Made by a program: the position numbers and the translations under genes. Below the pieces are notes generated by a model, which saw nothing but the letters and a program-made list of their open reading frames with translations, was not told the origin of the DNA and ran no database searches. Shown one piece after another: positions 10,840-21,193 of a DNA stretch of 64,000 bases; within the stretch, counting starts at the first letter, position 1; the number at the start of each line of letters is the position of its first letter. The DNA comes from an uncultured Verrucomicrobiae bacterium (GTDB taxonomy: Bacteria > Verrucomicrobiota > Verrucomicrobiia > Limisphaerales > Palsa-1400). The stretch covers positions 480,001-544,000 of the forward strand of contig CAVPOM010000006.1 of the NCBI GenBank assembly GCA_963707025.1. Reading direction: 5' to 3'.

Positions 10840-11035
10840 AGGGCCCGGGGGCGGCGGCGGGGACCATCATGGTGGACGAAACGGACATGGCGGACGCGGT
10901 GCATGGAGTTCGCGATGGGCCAGGAAGGCCGGGCGGGCGGCAGGCCGGCCCCCGCGGCGCGCACGGCTGGCCCGCCCTGCCAGCCAGGGCTGACGGACCC
11001 GCAAATTTGTAGTCGCGCGGGGCGGCCTTTGGTAT

Positions 11036-11293
11036 ATGGTGGGCGCTGTGCAGATTCGCATCTATTTTTTTGCGCGCGGCCGCGACCTGGCCGGTTGCGC
11101 GGAGGCGGTGGAATCCATGCCGCCGGGAAGTTGTGTGCGGGAATTGCTGGAAAATCTCTTCCGCCGCTTTCCCAAACTGGGGGAATTGGGAAAGTCCATG
11201 CGCGTGGCCGTGGGCGTGGACTACCAGAACGGCGACTACCTCCTGCAGGAGGGCGACGAGGTTTCCATCCTGCCTCCCATGCAGGGCGGATAA
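11036..11293 (+). CDS. moaD: Molybdopterin synthase sulfur carrier MoaD/ThiS
   Basis: YFFARGRDLAG, EGDEVSILPP, C-terminal GG. Confidence 0.9.
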   Translation: MVGAVQIRIYFFARGRDLAGCAEAVESMPPGSCVRELLENLFRRFPKLGELGKSMRVAVGVDYQNGDYLLQEGDEVSILPPMQGG

Positions 11294-11305
11294 ACCGGCG
11301 GAGCC

Positions 11306-11698
11306 ATGCAACGCGAGCTGACGATGACGATGGAGCCGATTGATGAGGCGGCCTGGCTGGCGCGACGGGCCATGCGGCGGGAGATGGGGGCGGCGGTTTA
11401 TTTTTCCGGGGTGGTGCGCGGCGAGGAAGGAGGAGAGACCATCGCGGCGATAGAGTACGAGGCGTTCGAGCGGATGGCGCGGCATCAATTTGAGTTGCTC
11501 TTCAAGACGGTGGAGGAGCGCTGGCCCGTCCAATCGGTCCGGGTGGCGCACCGGCTGGGGCGGGTGGGGGCGGGAGAGGCGGCGGTGTGGGTGGAAGTGA
11601 TCGCGCCGCACCGCCAGGAGGCGTTTGCCGCGTGTCAATTTCTGATTGACGAGATGAAACGGCTGGTTCCCATCTGGAAGAAGCCGCTGGCCCAGTGA
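11306..11698 (+). CDS. moaE: Molybdopterin synthase catalytic subunit MoaE
   Basis: GAAVYFSGVVR, YEAF, HRLG, PHRQEAF, VPIWKK. Confidence 0.92.
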   Translation: MQRELTMTMEPIDEAAWLARRAMRREMGAAVYFSGVVRGEEGGETIAAIEYEAFERMARHQFELLFKTVEERWPVQSVRVAHRLGRVGAGEAAVWVEVIAPHRQEAFAACQFLIDEMKRLVPIWKKPLAQ

Positions 11699-11810
11699 GG
11701 GCGGCGGAGGGAAGATGGAGGATGGAAAAGACTCAGAGGGCACGCCGGCGACGCCTGCGCCGCGCACGGAGGGCGCGCCCTGCCACCCATCACGACTGAC
11801 CTTCCCCTGT

Positions 11811-11897
11811 CCTAATCTTAATCTTAATCTTAATCTTAATCCGGTTGCACCGGAGATCAGGATTAAGATTAAGATTAAGATTAAGATTAGGATTAGG
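11811..11897. repeat. Perfect 32-bp inverted repeat built from (TAATCT)n/(GATTAA)n hexamers
   Basis: 11811-11842 is the exact reverse complement of 11860-11891 with a 17-nt loop; lies between convergent genes. Confidence 0.95.
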
Positions 11898-11921
11898 AGG
11901 GGACTGGCCAAAAGGGAGCGG

Positions 11922-14683
11922 TTATTTTCGGGCGATGGTGAAGGAGCGGGAGCCGCCCTCCATGGGCAGCGGCACGACAACCTCCCGCCCGCCGGCCAGG
12001 TTTACGGTGGCGATGACCCCGTTGGCGTCGCGAAATGTATATGGGCCGGAAGCGGAGGCGGAGAGACGCAAAGTGGCGGTGTGCGCGGCGGGATTGCCGC
12101 TCTCCAGGGAGAAGTCCACGGACGCGAGATCGCTTTTGACAGTGATGGGCCGGGCCGCGGAGAAATGATCGTTGTCAAGAATTAAACCAAGCCGGCCATT
12201 GTCAAGCATAGCATTAAAGCGGCGGCGCACCCCGTCCTTTGGCGTCACTTCCAGAACCGCGTCCCGTTTTGCGCCAGTCGCCGCCGTAGCAGAAGCGGCC
12301 GAAAATGGGGTCGTCGGCCAGGATGGTGGCGGCGGCGCGCAGGGCGCCGCAATAGCCGAGGTCAATTTCGGAGGCGTACATCCAGGAGCCGCGATGGTGG
12401 GCCTGGCCGAGCCAGGTGGTGCCGAAGGGGGCCGGCTCGAAGCCGCCGCCGGCGCCGCCATCCTTGTCCTGGCCGGGGAACCAGTAGCCGTAATTGGATT
12501 GGGGCGTGCCGGTGTTCATCAAGGCCCAGGCGCTGAGAATGGAGGCGTAGCCGAGGCGAAGGTAGTCCGCCGGGTGGGCCGCGAAATGGAGGCCATAATC
12601 CAGCACGCTCCAGCCGCCCATCTGCGACATGTAGGTCAGGGTGTAGGAATTGCCGCCGCCGCCGCGAATGTCGCTGCCCAGCAGATAATAAGCCGGGGTC
12701 AGCCAGCCGCGGCAGAAAATGTTGGCGGCCATCTGCTTGTCCAGGAAGGCGCGGGCCTTTTCCGGGGCAACGTCCCGCATGATGTCTCCCGCTTGGGGAT
12801 CGCTGTGCAGCATGGCGTATTTGGCCAGGGCCCCGGTGGATTCAAAGCCGGTGGTGTCGAAGGCGTACTCGGACTGGAACAAATTGGCCCTTTGATTGAC
12901 AAAGTAGCGGACTTTTCCCTCCCAATAGCCGCGCAGCTTGTCCGCCTGGGCCTGCATTCCGTTGTCTTCCAATTCCCGGATGATGTCAAGTATAACCAGT
13001 TCGTTGTAAAAGCCGGTGCCGTTGAATTCCCAGCCCCGGTCCAACTCGTGGGGCACGACGACCATGGCCTCGGCGGTGCCAGAGGCGCGCTCCAGGTATT
13101 GGCGGGCGGTCAGGGCGGTCTTGATTTCCGGATGGTATCGGGCCACGCGATACATGGCCTCGTACATGACCAGGACGTGCGGATAATCGGTACTCGCGCC
13201 AGAGATGGAGCTGGCCGCGCGGCCCGGTGTTGGTGCTGTCGCGGTTTTGCTTCCAGTCCGGTATGCCGTAGATGCCGTAGGAGTAAGTCTCGTTGGTGGT
13301 GCGCTGCAGGCCGCCCCAGACGAAATGTTGCAGGTAATAATCCATGGCCTCGACCTGGCTCTGCACGGGGAAGTCGGCGTTTTTGGCGGCGAGAAAGGCG
13401 GGTTTGCACAGGCCGGGATCGTCACAGGAAACCTCGTAAATGCGGAAGCCGCGGAGCAGGTCGTAATTATCCGGCCCGAGCAGCGACAGGGTGAGCATGT
13501 TGCGGTCGGAGATGAGGCCGTTGAACCACTTGGCGGGGTCGCGGTGCTGGCTGCGGGCGATGAAGGCGGCGCGCTTGTCAATCAGAGTTTCCAGCGGCTC
13601 GGTGGAGAAGAACTCCAGATACATCAACTGGTCGCGGTCGTAGTGGATGGCCAGGCGGTTCTCGCCGAGTTTGGCAAACTTGACCTGGTAGAGGCGGCAG
13701 GGGCCCCTGGCACCGAGGGACTGGATGGCGGTGGCTTGCGGAAATTCGGCCTCGACGCCGGTGATTTTGTGTTTGGTGTTCAAGGCGAATTGGGCGAAGA
13801 GGTCCGACGGCACGGTCATGCCGGGTACGACGTGGACATCCACCTTGCCGTCGTCCACGAGGTTTTTGCGGATGGCGTCGTAATCGCCTGCCCATTGGAG
13901 TTTGAAGCCGTAGGTTTTGGAGTCGCCCGGTTGGCCGGCGGGGGAGAGGGTGAGAGAGGTGTTGGGCTGGCGCCATTGGGTGCCACCTTCCCTGGCGGCG
14001 GCGCCCGCCACCGCCGAATGAATGAAGACCTGGTATCCGCCGCCGAAACCGCCGCCGCCCGCGCCGCCGCCGCGGCCTCCCGGCTCCCAGTATTCGAGCT
14101 TGGTGTGGTCGTCGGTGGTCAGCATAAGGGAGGGACCGATCAAATCCGAGCGCATCCAGAACAGGTAGGAATCGGAACCGGAGATGAAGCTATGCTTGAG
14201 CACGACCGGGCCGGCGGGCGCGCCCCGTCGTCCGCGGGCTGCGCCCACGGTCATCGGAATGGCCAGGTCGCCGATTTCCAAGGGGGAGCCGGTCTGGTTT
14301 TGTAAAGACAGCGTCCACACGATGTCCTGGTCATGCACGGCGAAATCAACCTGGAGGACAAGGGCGGGGGCGGAGTGGTTGGTGATTTGATAAACGGCCT
14401 TGGAAAGAGTGCCATTGGTGTTGGTGGAAAAAGTTGCCGCGCCGGCGGCGGCGAGGCTGGCGGTTTGAACCCTTTCCCAATCGCCCCCCGGCAGGCGGTA
14501 TTTTATGTTCAGATCGCCCAGCCTTTGGCCGACGTAATCAGTTTGGGCGGGATCGGGGTCGTGGTCGCGCCGCAAGCTGACGATGGCGCCATCGCGGAAT
14601 TTGACATCGAACAGCGAGCTGGCGCGGGCGGGCGCAGGGAAGAGCAAGGCGGCCAGGACAAGGATGACATGCGACGTTTTCAC
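11922..14683 (-). CDS. DUF5695-like secreted putative glycoside hydrolase, split by two one-base insertions (near 13189 and 12265)
   Basis: Signal peptide; three consecutive ORFs join into one protein (SCDDPGLCKPAFLAAKN, WREY|DYPHV, SEYAFDTTGFES, GGGFEP, PKDGVRRRF). Confidence 0.7.
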
Positions 14684-14855
14684 GGGGGGATATTAGGGGA
14701 AAATTATAAATGATAAATTATAAAATGGGGGACCGGCGAATTGAGCCAATGGCCGCCTCCTCCGCCGCCGCGGCTCCGGGGGGACACCATGGCGGATAGA
14801 ACTTGAAGGTTTTGAAATGTTGTTGGTTGCATCTGCACCCCCCAGGGGCCGGGAA

Positions 14856-14915
14856 CTGAAATTAAGTGAAACTAGGTGAAATTAGGTGAAACTAGGTGAA
14901 AATAACTGAAAATTG
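14856..14915. repeat. Six tandem 10-mers (consensus GTGAAAYTAG)
   Basis: ctgaaattaa gtgaaactag gtgaaattag gtgaaactag gtgaaaataa ctgaaaattg. Confidence 0.9.
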
Positions 14916-15160
14916 CGGGTGGCTTCGAACCGCCGCCGCCGCCGGACACTTTTTGCCTCGCCCTCATAACTTAACGTAAATTAGCATTTAATTCAGGGGT
15001 GGTCAAGGGGAAAGCGCGATTTTTTTGGCGAAATGTGGGAGGCCTTCCAACCGGCGCATCCGGGGCGGACCGGAGGGCCAGCCTGGGGGCCCTGGGCCCG
15101 CCGCCGTCATGATGGATTGGCGCAGCCGGGAATGGCGGCACAGAGCAGCGCGGGAGGCTG

Positions 15161-16454
15161 TTATTTGACGTTCAACAGGCCGAATGAGAAGTTTGGCTCG
15201 AAAGCAGAACCCAAAGGGCGGCCAGGCCGCCAGCATCGCGCAGCTCAGGCGGACGGTGTAAGCGCCGGGCATGAACGGGGCGGGCAGTGTCAGGACGTTG
15301 GACACCGTTTCCCCAACGGCCAGATTGGTCCAGGCGGGCGGCAGCGCCAAGTTGGTCGTGGCAGAGGATCCGGCGGAGAAATTGTTTGGCCGCCAAAAAA
15401 GGACAGACAACCGCGCGCTCAGGGCCGGTTCGGCGGGAGGGGAGGCGGGGACGCGCGGATCGGCGGCATTGCGCCACATGCGCACGGCGATTGTGATGCG
15501 CCCGCCCGGCTTGCACTCGGACGGTTCGATCACCGGCTGGTCCAGCACCAGGCCGGGCTGTTTGCGGGACAACAGCGGGACCGACCAGTAATTGGAGGCA
15601 TTATAGTTGCGAATGGGGGTCAGGCCGCGGCTGCCCCAGGGCGTGGGCATCGTCACATAATCCGCCGCGAGCCAGGCCGGCGGTTGGAAGAGCAGTTCGC
15701 CCGTCGCGCTGGCGCCTTGGAGAACAAGCCCGTTGCCAAGCGGGGAAGGGGAGAGGATGCACTTGTTGCCGGCGCCAGGTTTGCTCAAGCCCCATTGCAC
15801 CAGTTTCTGCGGCGTGACCGCCAGCGGAGTGGATCCGAGCAATTTGTCTTTGAGATAGACCTGGGCGCCCGGCGGCGGGGAATCAATCACCAGCAAGGCG
15901 TCCTGGTCGAACAGGGGCTTTGCCCAGCGCAGGCCGGCATAAACACCTCCGGCCACCACGGCGGCCAGAAAAACGATCTCGAAAAACCCGGCCAGGCGAT
16001 CCAGCCATCGCCCGGCGCCGACCGGGTACCATTTCTTGGCCAGCACCACCCACACCAGAACGAGCAAGAGGAGCGCCCCGAAATTCACTCCGCAGCCGGT
16101 GAAAGTCAGGAGCACAGGACCGGAGAAGAGCCTGCTGCCGAACCTCATGCAGACGATGTGCAGTCCGGGTTGCCAGGTCAACGGGCCGCTGGGATCCACG
16201 ATGAGGACCGCGGCCTGGGCCAGGAGCCAGAATTGCAGCAGGGGTTTCCACCAGGCGTCGCGCAGCAGCAACATCAGCCCGGCCATCACACCCACGCCGC
16301 CGAGTGCCGGCCGGGAAAGGACCGCCCAGCCCTGTGGATAGAAGCGGGCCGAATGGATGGCCAGCCCTCCGCAGATCAGGGCGTAGCCGCCCAGCACATA
16401 ACCCGGCCACGTTCTTGGCGCCGGAACAGGGTTATCCTGTTCTTCGAGGTTCAT
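15161..16454 (-). CDS. Membrane protein with PEGA-like domain; probable one-base insertion near 15215-15240
   Basis: Several TM helices followed by IDSPPPGAQVYLKDKLLGSTPL (PEGA-like). An alternative frame ends GSAFEPNFSFGLLNVK-stop at 15161, which looks more like a real C-terminus than the tail to 15003. Confidence 0.6.
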
Positions 16455-16520
16455 CGCGCTTGAGGATGCCCGGGAAATTCCAGCATGTCCATGTCATGGT
16501 AGTGCCTTAATTTCATTGTT

Positions 16521-16568
16521 GTAGTGTCGGCGCTGTGCGCCGAAGTCGAGCCACAGGCTCGACTCTAC
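16521..16568. repeat. GTAG-type REP doublet
   Basis: GTAG...CTAC ends enclosing hairpins TCGGCGC-TGT-GCGCCGA and AGTCGAGCC-ACA-GGCTCGACT. Confidence 0.7.
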
Positions 16569-16588
16569 ACCAAATTAAGGCACTGCCC

Positions 16589-16813
16589 ATGTCATCTCCG
16601 ATCCACAAGCAGCTTGGGCCGCCGGTTTCGAACCTGGCAAAAAAGGCGGATTGCCTGGGGAACAGAGATTCTGACGCACCGATTAGCGCACCAATTTGCC
16701 GGGCCTGCGCGGATTTGCAGAAAGTCATCGAGGCTTGGCCGGAACTGAGCGAACCATTGCGCCGGGCAATTCTCGCCATTGTTCTGACGGCCACGAAGGA
16801 GGGAAGCCGGTGA
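16589..16813 (+). pseudogene. Integrative-element end remnant peptide
   Basis: DLQKVIEAWPELSEPLRRAILAIV resembles the tail I recall beside PVC-superphylum integrases; preceded by a tRNA T-arm-like GGTTCGAAACC on the minus strand. Confidence 0.4.
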
Positions 16814-16821
16814 AAGAGACA

Positions 16822-16839
16822 TTCTCCACGTTTAGGCAC
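16822..16839 (-). pseudogene. Stub of a MazF/PemK toxin (VPKRGE only)
   Basis: GTG overlapping the antitoxin 3' end reads VPKRGE, the usual MazF start; similarity then stops. Confidence 0.45.
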
Positions 16840-17020
16840 GCGGAGTGTTCTCCTCCTCATCCAGTGCGCGGAAAGAGGCCGCCGCCAGAGCGGCGAAATC
16901 ATCGTCCGTCAAATCATCAGACATGGGAACCTGTTCGACAATGGCGCATCGAAGCTGTTGACGTTCCTTTTCCGAGAGCTGCTCCACCTCGCCAAGAATT
17001 TGGGCGACTGCTTGTGTCAT
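16832..17020 (-). CDS. Orphan antitoxin-like small protein
   Basis: 62 aa with an acidic C-terminus (DDLTDDDF...LDEEE); promoter TTGCGT-17-TATGTT ends 6 nt before the ATG. Confidence 0.65.
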   Translation of the reverse strand: MTQAVAQILGEVEQLSEKERQQLRCAIVEQVPMSDDLTDDDFAALAAASFRALDEEENTPRA

Positions 17021-17332
17021 GTCCTGAACATACAGGGACGGACAGAATTACGCAAGCGCGGGACCACGAACAAGGGGGGCCAGTGACTCCGGAGGCGCAG
17101 GTCGGCGCGATAAGTCGAGCAGAACCGGACCGCGCGCACAACTGGGGGTTCAGGAGAGGATGGAGCCTGGGCGGTGGTGGTCGAAGGGATTGCAATTGTC
17201 GCACGGCTATGGGTAATGGGGAGTGGCCCCCCGGCGGGGTTGCTTGAAGATGATCTATGCCCGGATGAGATTGAAGGATGGACACTCAAGGATGCCTCCG
17301 CTGCGGTCTGCCGATTAACCCTGTTTATTAAT

Positions 17333-18783
17333 CACAGCCATCCCACAGGAAATTGGAAAAAAGTGTTGGCTTGACCATTTGAACCTGCCACAAGGCAGGC
17401 ATGAAAAACAAAAAAATCAAACCAACACGGTCCCGGTTTAACGTTTTGCGCCAGATTTGCAATCTCATTCCTGCGCATGAAGTCTCCAAAATAGCGCGGG
17501 AGACCGGGGCTCTGGATAAGTCGCGCACCTTCAGTCCGTGGAGTCACACGGTCAGTTTGCTGGACGCGCAACTCACCCATTGCATCGGACTCAACGATCT
17601 GTGCGACTCGCTGCAATTGCATTCCGGGCCGCTGTCCACTTTGCGCGGCGCCAGCGCCCCCAGCCGCAACGGCCTCTCCCACGCCAACCGGGAGCGTCCG
17701 GCCCAGATGGCCGAACAACTCTTCTGGCGGGTCCTGGAGCATTTGAAAGCACAGACGCCCGGCTTTGCCGCGGGCCAGCGCCGTGGCCCCGCCTTCCGTT
17801 TCAAGATGCCCATCCATGTGATTGATAGCACGACCATGGAACTGGTGGCCAACTGCCTGGACTGGGCCAAGCACCGCCGGCGCAAGGCCGCCGCCAAAAC
17901 CCATATGCGGTTGAATCTGCAGAATCTTTTGCCCGGTTTTGTCATTGTGGACACTGCCGCCGAGCACGACAACCGACGGGCGCGGGAACTGTGCGCCGAC
18001 TTGAAGAGCGGCGAAATCGCCTTGTTCGACAAGGGTTATGTGGACTTCGGCCACTTGCGGGATTTGGACGGGCGCGGGGTCTTTTGGGTGACGCGGGCCA
18101 AGGAGAACATGGGCTATGAGGTGGTGCGGAAAATGCCCGCCTCCAGAGACCCGAAGATTTTGCGCGACGAAGTGATCGTCCTGAGCAACGAGAACAAACC
18201 CGCGCCGGAGTTGATGCGCCGGGTGGTGGCGCTGGTCGAGATTGATGGAGAGGAACGGGAAATGACCTTCCTGACCAACAACCTGGAGTGGAGTCCGCGC
18301 AGCGTGGCCGACCTTTACCGCTGCCGCTGGCAGATCGAAGTCTTCTTCAAACAAATCAAGCAGACCTTGCAGTTGGCGGATTTTCTGGGCCACAACGCCA
18401 ACGCCGTGCGCTGGCAGGTGTGGACGGCGCTGTTGACCTACGTGCTGTTGCGCTACCTCAGTCACCTCTCCAACTGGGCGCACAGCTTCACCCGGCTGTT
18501 CACGATTTTGCGGGCGGCGCTCTGGGAGAAATATGATCTGCTCAATTTGCTGGCGTGCTATGGGACAGCAGGCGGCAGCTTTCGCCACTTGGCGCGGCCC
18601 GAGCAGGCGTATTTCCCCGGCTTCCAATAAAGCTATGGGACAGCACACGCGCCCAAACAGGCGCATACCACACCCAAAAGCCAAACTCGGAAAAATCAAA
18701 ATCTCATTTTACCCCGAAGACCAATTAAACCCTTGCAAATGAACAGGTCAGCACCAGACTTTTCCCCTTATGAGACGGGTGTG
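17333..18783 (+). mobile_element. IS4-family insertion sequence
   Basis: Imperfect TIRs (CACAGCCATCCCACAGG / revcomp CACACCCGTCTCATAAGG) and a 9-bp target duplication TTTATTAAT at 17324-17332 and 18784-18792. Confidence 0.9.
17401..18630 (+). CDS. IS4-family DDE transposase
   Basis: IDSTT, FDKGY, and YRCRWQIEVFFK (YREK motif). Confidence 0.95.
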   Translation: MKNKKIKPTRSRFNVLRQICNLIPAHEVSKIARETGALDKSRTFSPWSHTVSLLDAQLTHCIGLNDLCDSLQLHSGPLSTLRGASAPSRNGLSHANRERPAQMAEQLFWRVLEHLKAQTPGFAAGQRRGPAFRFKMPIHVIDSTTMELVANCLDWAKHRRRKAAAKTHMRLNLQNLLPGFVIVDTAAEHDNRRARELCADLKSGEIALFDKGYVDFGHLRDLDGRGVFWVTRAKENMGYEVVRKMPASRDPKILRDEVIVLSNENKPAPELMRRVVALVEIDGEEREMTFLTNNLEWSPRSVADLYRCRWQIEVFFKQIKQTLQLADFLGHNANAVRWQVWTALLTYVLLRYLSHLSNWAHSFTRLFTILRAALWEKYDLLNLLACYGTAGGSFRHLARPEQAYFPGFQ

Positions 18784-18792
18784 TTTATTAAT

Positions 18793-19485
18793 CTAATAAA
18801 TGTCCCGTGTTCTTACTGCCTTTTTTTCAGGTTGGGAATCTGGGTTAATGGTAGCTTCCCGTCCCTCGTAACGTTGCACAAGGGGAAGCTGATAGTCACC
18901 CGCAGCCCACACATACCAATGTCCACCAATCGGCTTGAAGCCGCTGATACGCCCCGTAAAAATGTTGATTTTTGGATTATAGGCGACGCCGTTCAAGTCG
19001 TGGTGCCATCCTCTGAGCAAGACGTAGAGAACGCCGTTACAGGTAACCGCGCGAAAGTCACGGTCCTTAATTACAGACCACGGCAGACCACGGATTGGCT
19101 TCATAGGATGGGTGGCAGAAAATTCTCCAAATATATCGTTGGTTGCCATGTTCCACCCATTAGTCTTAGTGAAACTCTGAACGGCGTCCATAGCATGTAA
19201 ATTCGTCAATGTTGGCGGAGGGACCTCATCCCACGCCAAACCAAATGATGGGTCAACCACAACCCGATCAAAAAGAAGCCTCATCATATTCGTGTACGAT
19301 TGATTCCGGTTTGTGGGCATATCGTTTGACTCGATCTCAGTCATGATTGTCTCCATCTGAGCCATATACCTTTGGAAGAGTTTTTCGCGCAGCAGGCCGG
19401 AGTTTGTCGCAGGGGCAGGCTGAGCATTAAGATTGATCGTGAGTGCAATGAGAATAGCCCCCAAAAAAGTGTCGGCGAGTTTCAT
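18793..19485 (-). CDS. Secreted hypothetical protein, lower GC than flanks
   Basis: Signal peptide MKLADTFLGAILIALTINLNA; 230-aa ORF ending immediately at the IS target site. Confidence 0.65.
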   Translation of the reverse strand: MKLADTFLGAILIALTINLNAQPAPATNSGLLREKLFQRYMAQMETIMTEIESNDMPTNRNQSYTNMMRLLFDRVVVDPSFGLAWDEVPPPTLTNLHAMDAVQSFTKTNGWNMATNDIFGEFSATHPMKPIRGLPWSVIKDRDFRAVTCNGVLYVLLRGWHHDLNGVAYNPKINIFTGRISGFKPIGGHWYVWAAGDYQLPLVQRYEGREATINPDSQPEKKAVRTRDIY

Positions 19486-20029
19486 GTGGAAAGGCTTTTA
19501 CGAACAATTGAGCTTATGCTGCCGGGTATTAAATGCAAGGCTTTTTCCGCTTCGAGGTACAGTCAAACCACGGGCGCAAATTAGAAATCTGGCACTGTTT
19601 GCCGCCCCTCGCGGCGGCTGAGAGCGAGAAATGGCAGAGTCTGATTTTTCACCCTCCGCGACAGCGGAAAGCAAATCGACACCCCAAAGGCGGTGTTCCG
19701 GTCTGTCTTTAAATTCGTGGTGGTGATGGCGGTGGATTCGATGTTGCGAAGGGCAAACAGGGCGCAAGCTGGAATCCAGCGACTTCACGACCAGGCACTT
19801 GCCGGGGCAGAGCGTTCGGGTGTTGGCATTCGGCTTGGCCTTCGGGTCTTGAGCAAGCCGGATGACGACACGGGAACACGGAGCGGAGAAATCGTCGTGT
19901 TGCCGGAAATCTGATACTGCAAGCGGATACTGTTTGCCAGTTTCCGGGCAGATTCGGGATGAATCGGGAGGAGGCAAAATGTTGTAATACCGTTTCCAGT
20001 TCGTAACAGCACTATTGCCAAGGCAATTG

Positions 20030-20053
20030 GCGGCGGTCGCAGACCGCCGCTAC
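20030..20053. repeat. REP singlet
   Basis: GCGGCGGTCGCAGACCGCCGCTAC, same family as the copies at 54270-54334. Confidence 0.8.
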
Positions 20054-20137
20054 AGTGCAAAAGCAAACCGGAAAAGGTATAAGGCGTGGATAATGATGGC
20101 CGGGATGATGCGGGAGGACTCCTGATAAATAGTATTG

Positions 20138-21031
20138 TCAATTTCCAGGTTTGCTTTTTGCATCGGCCTCGTAATCGAAGGATGCTTTCGGCGCGGCCGG
20201 GTTGGCGTCGAAGGTTTCGTATTTTTCGGTGATGGAGCCTTTCATTTTTGAGCTCATGGCCTGCATGGATTTGACCATTTCCTTCATGCGGGCGATGGCT
20301 TCGGGCGTGGTTTCCTGACCGGTCATGCTGAGGGCCTTCTTGACGTCCTCGTCGGTCATTTCCGGGATCTTCATTGCGCCGCCCAGGACCAATTTTCTCT
20401 GTTTGAGGGAGTAATCCTTGGTGATCCAATAAATCATCGTTTGCCCGTTGAGATCCCCGGAAACGACGTAACAAAGATCATCGCCGATTTTTTCCTCCGG
20501 CAGCAGGGAGAGGTTCTGCAGGCTTTTCAACGCGTTGGTCTGGCGTTGGAAGAAGACCGGGGGCAGGGTGGAGGCCACACCGCCGGAAACCCCGGTGGCG
20601 GCCGCCAAAGCCATGTCCATGCCGCCCGGGATGGGCTGCTTTTTGCCGGCCAGCCAAAGGAAGTCGCCCTGGCCGCTGCACCAGGCGGCGCCTTTCTGGG
20701 TGAAACTGTCGGAAATCATTTGCGACCACTCGATGCGATACAAATCCGGCTTGGCCAGGCGGACGCTGAAGGTGGTCACTTTTCCCGCCTGGCCCGTATC
20801 ATAATTCATTTGGGCGGTTTGAGGCGCGGCGGCGGGATTTTTTCCGCCGGACGTGTCAATATCGGTAATGACCCGGCCGGTGACGGCCACGCTGGTCAGG
20901 CCGGCGTATTTGGCGGCAAATTTGGCCATGATGTCCGGGGCGGTTGGGACGGCGGCTGGCTGAGCGACGGCGACCTGGCCAAACCAGGCGCCACCCAAAA
21001 TGAGGAGCGCGAGAGCGGTTGATTTTTTCAT
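20138..21031 (-). CDS. Periplasmic LolA/DUF2092-like protein
   Basis: Signal peptide MKKSTALALL; AAKYAGLTS and FSVRLAKPDLYRIEW pattern, WIT..YSLKQ. Confidence 0.55.
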   Translation of the reverse strand: MKKSTALALLILGGAWFGQVAVAQPAAVPTAPDIMAKFAAKYAGLTSVAVTGRVITDIDTSGGKNPAAAPQTAQMNYDTGQAGKVTTFSVRLAKPDLYRIEWSQMISDSFTQKGAAWCSGQGDFLWLAGKKQPIPGGMDMALAAATGVSGGVASTLPPVFFQRQTNALKSLQNLSLLPEEKIGDDLCYVVSGDLNGQTMIYWITKDYSLKQRKLVLGGAMKIPEMTDEDVKKALSMTGQETTPEAIARMKEMVKSMQAMSSKMKGSITEKYETFDANPAAPKASFDYEADAKSKPGN

Positions 21032-21034
21032 GGG

Positions 21035-21108
21035 CTTAATCTTAAGCTTAATCCGAAGAAGATAAAGATTAAGATTAGGATTACGATTAAGATTAAGATT
21101 AAGATTAG
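21035..21108. repeat. Second GATTAA-hexamer inverted array
   Basis: cttaatcttaagcttaatc followed by eight GATTAA-like units ending GATTAGG. Confidence 0.9.
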
Positions 21109-21193
21109 GAGCGGACACCCAAGAAGTAAAGTGCGCCCCGCCAGGCGAGGCCGCGCCTGGCAGGAGGGCTGACGGTGCGGCACGTCTTTGATT

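Noticed and set aside
10709..12185. ORFs with LILILI, RLRLRL or NLNLNL tracts
   Set aside because: These are translations of the GATTAA repeat, not proteins.
12250..13200. DUF5695-like gene as three separate genes or a pseudogene
   Set aside because: Two single-base insertions restore one continuous protein with no other sign of decay.
14856..14915. CRISPR array
   Set aside because: 10-bp units with no unique spacers, and no cas genes in the window.
14915..14940. tRNA gene (GGTTCGAAGCC on the minus strand)
   Set aside because: Only a T-loop-like motif; no cloverleaf could be built.
19498..19977. 159-aa ORF with a His run
   Set aside because: No recognisable domain and atypical composition; probably decayed island DNA.
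16500..20060. Integron cassette array
   Set aside because: No integron integrase and no convincing attC sites; the palindromes fit REP elements better.
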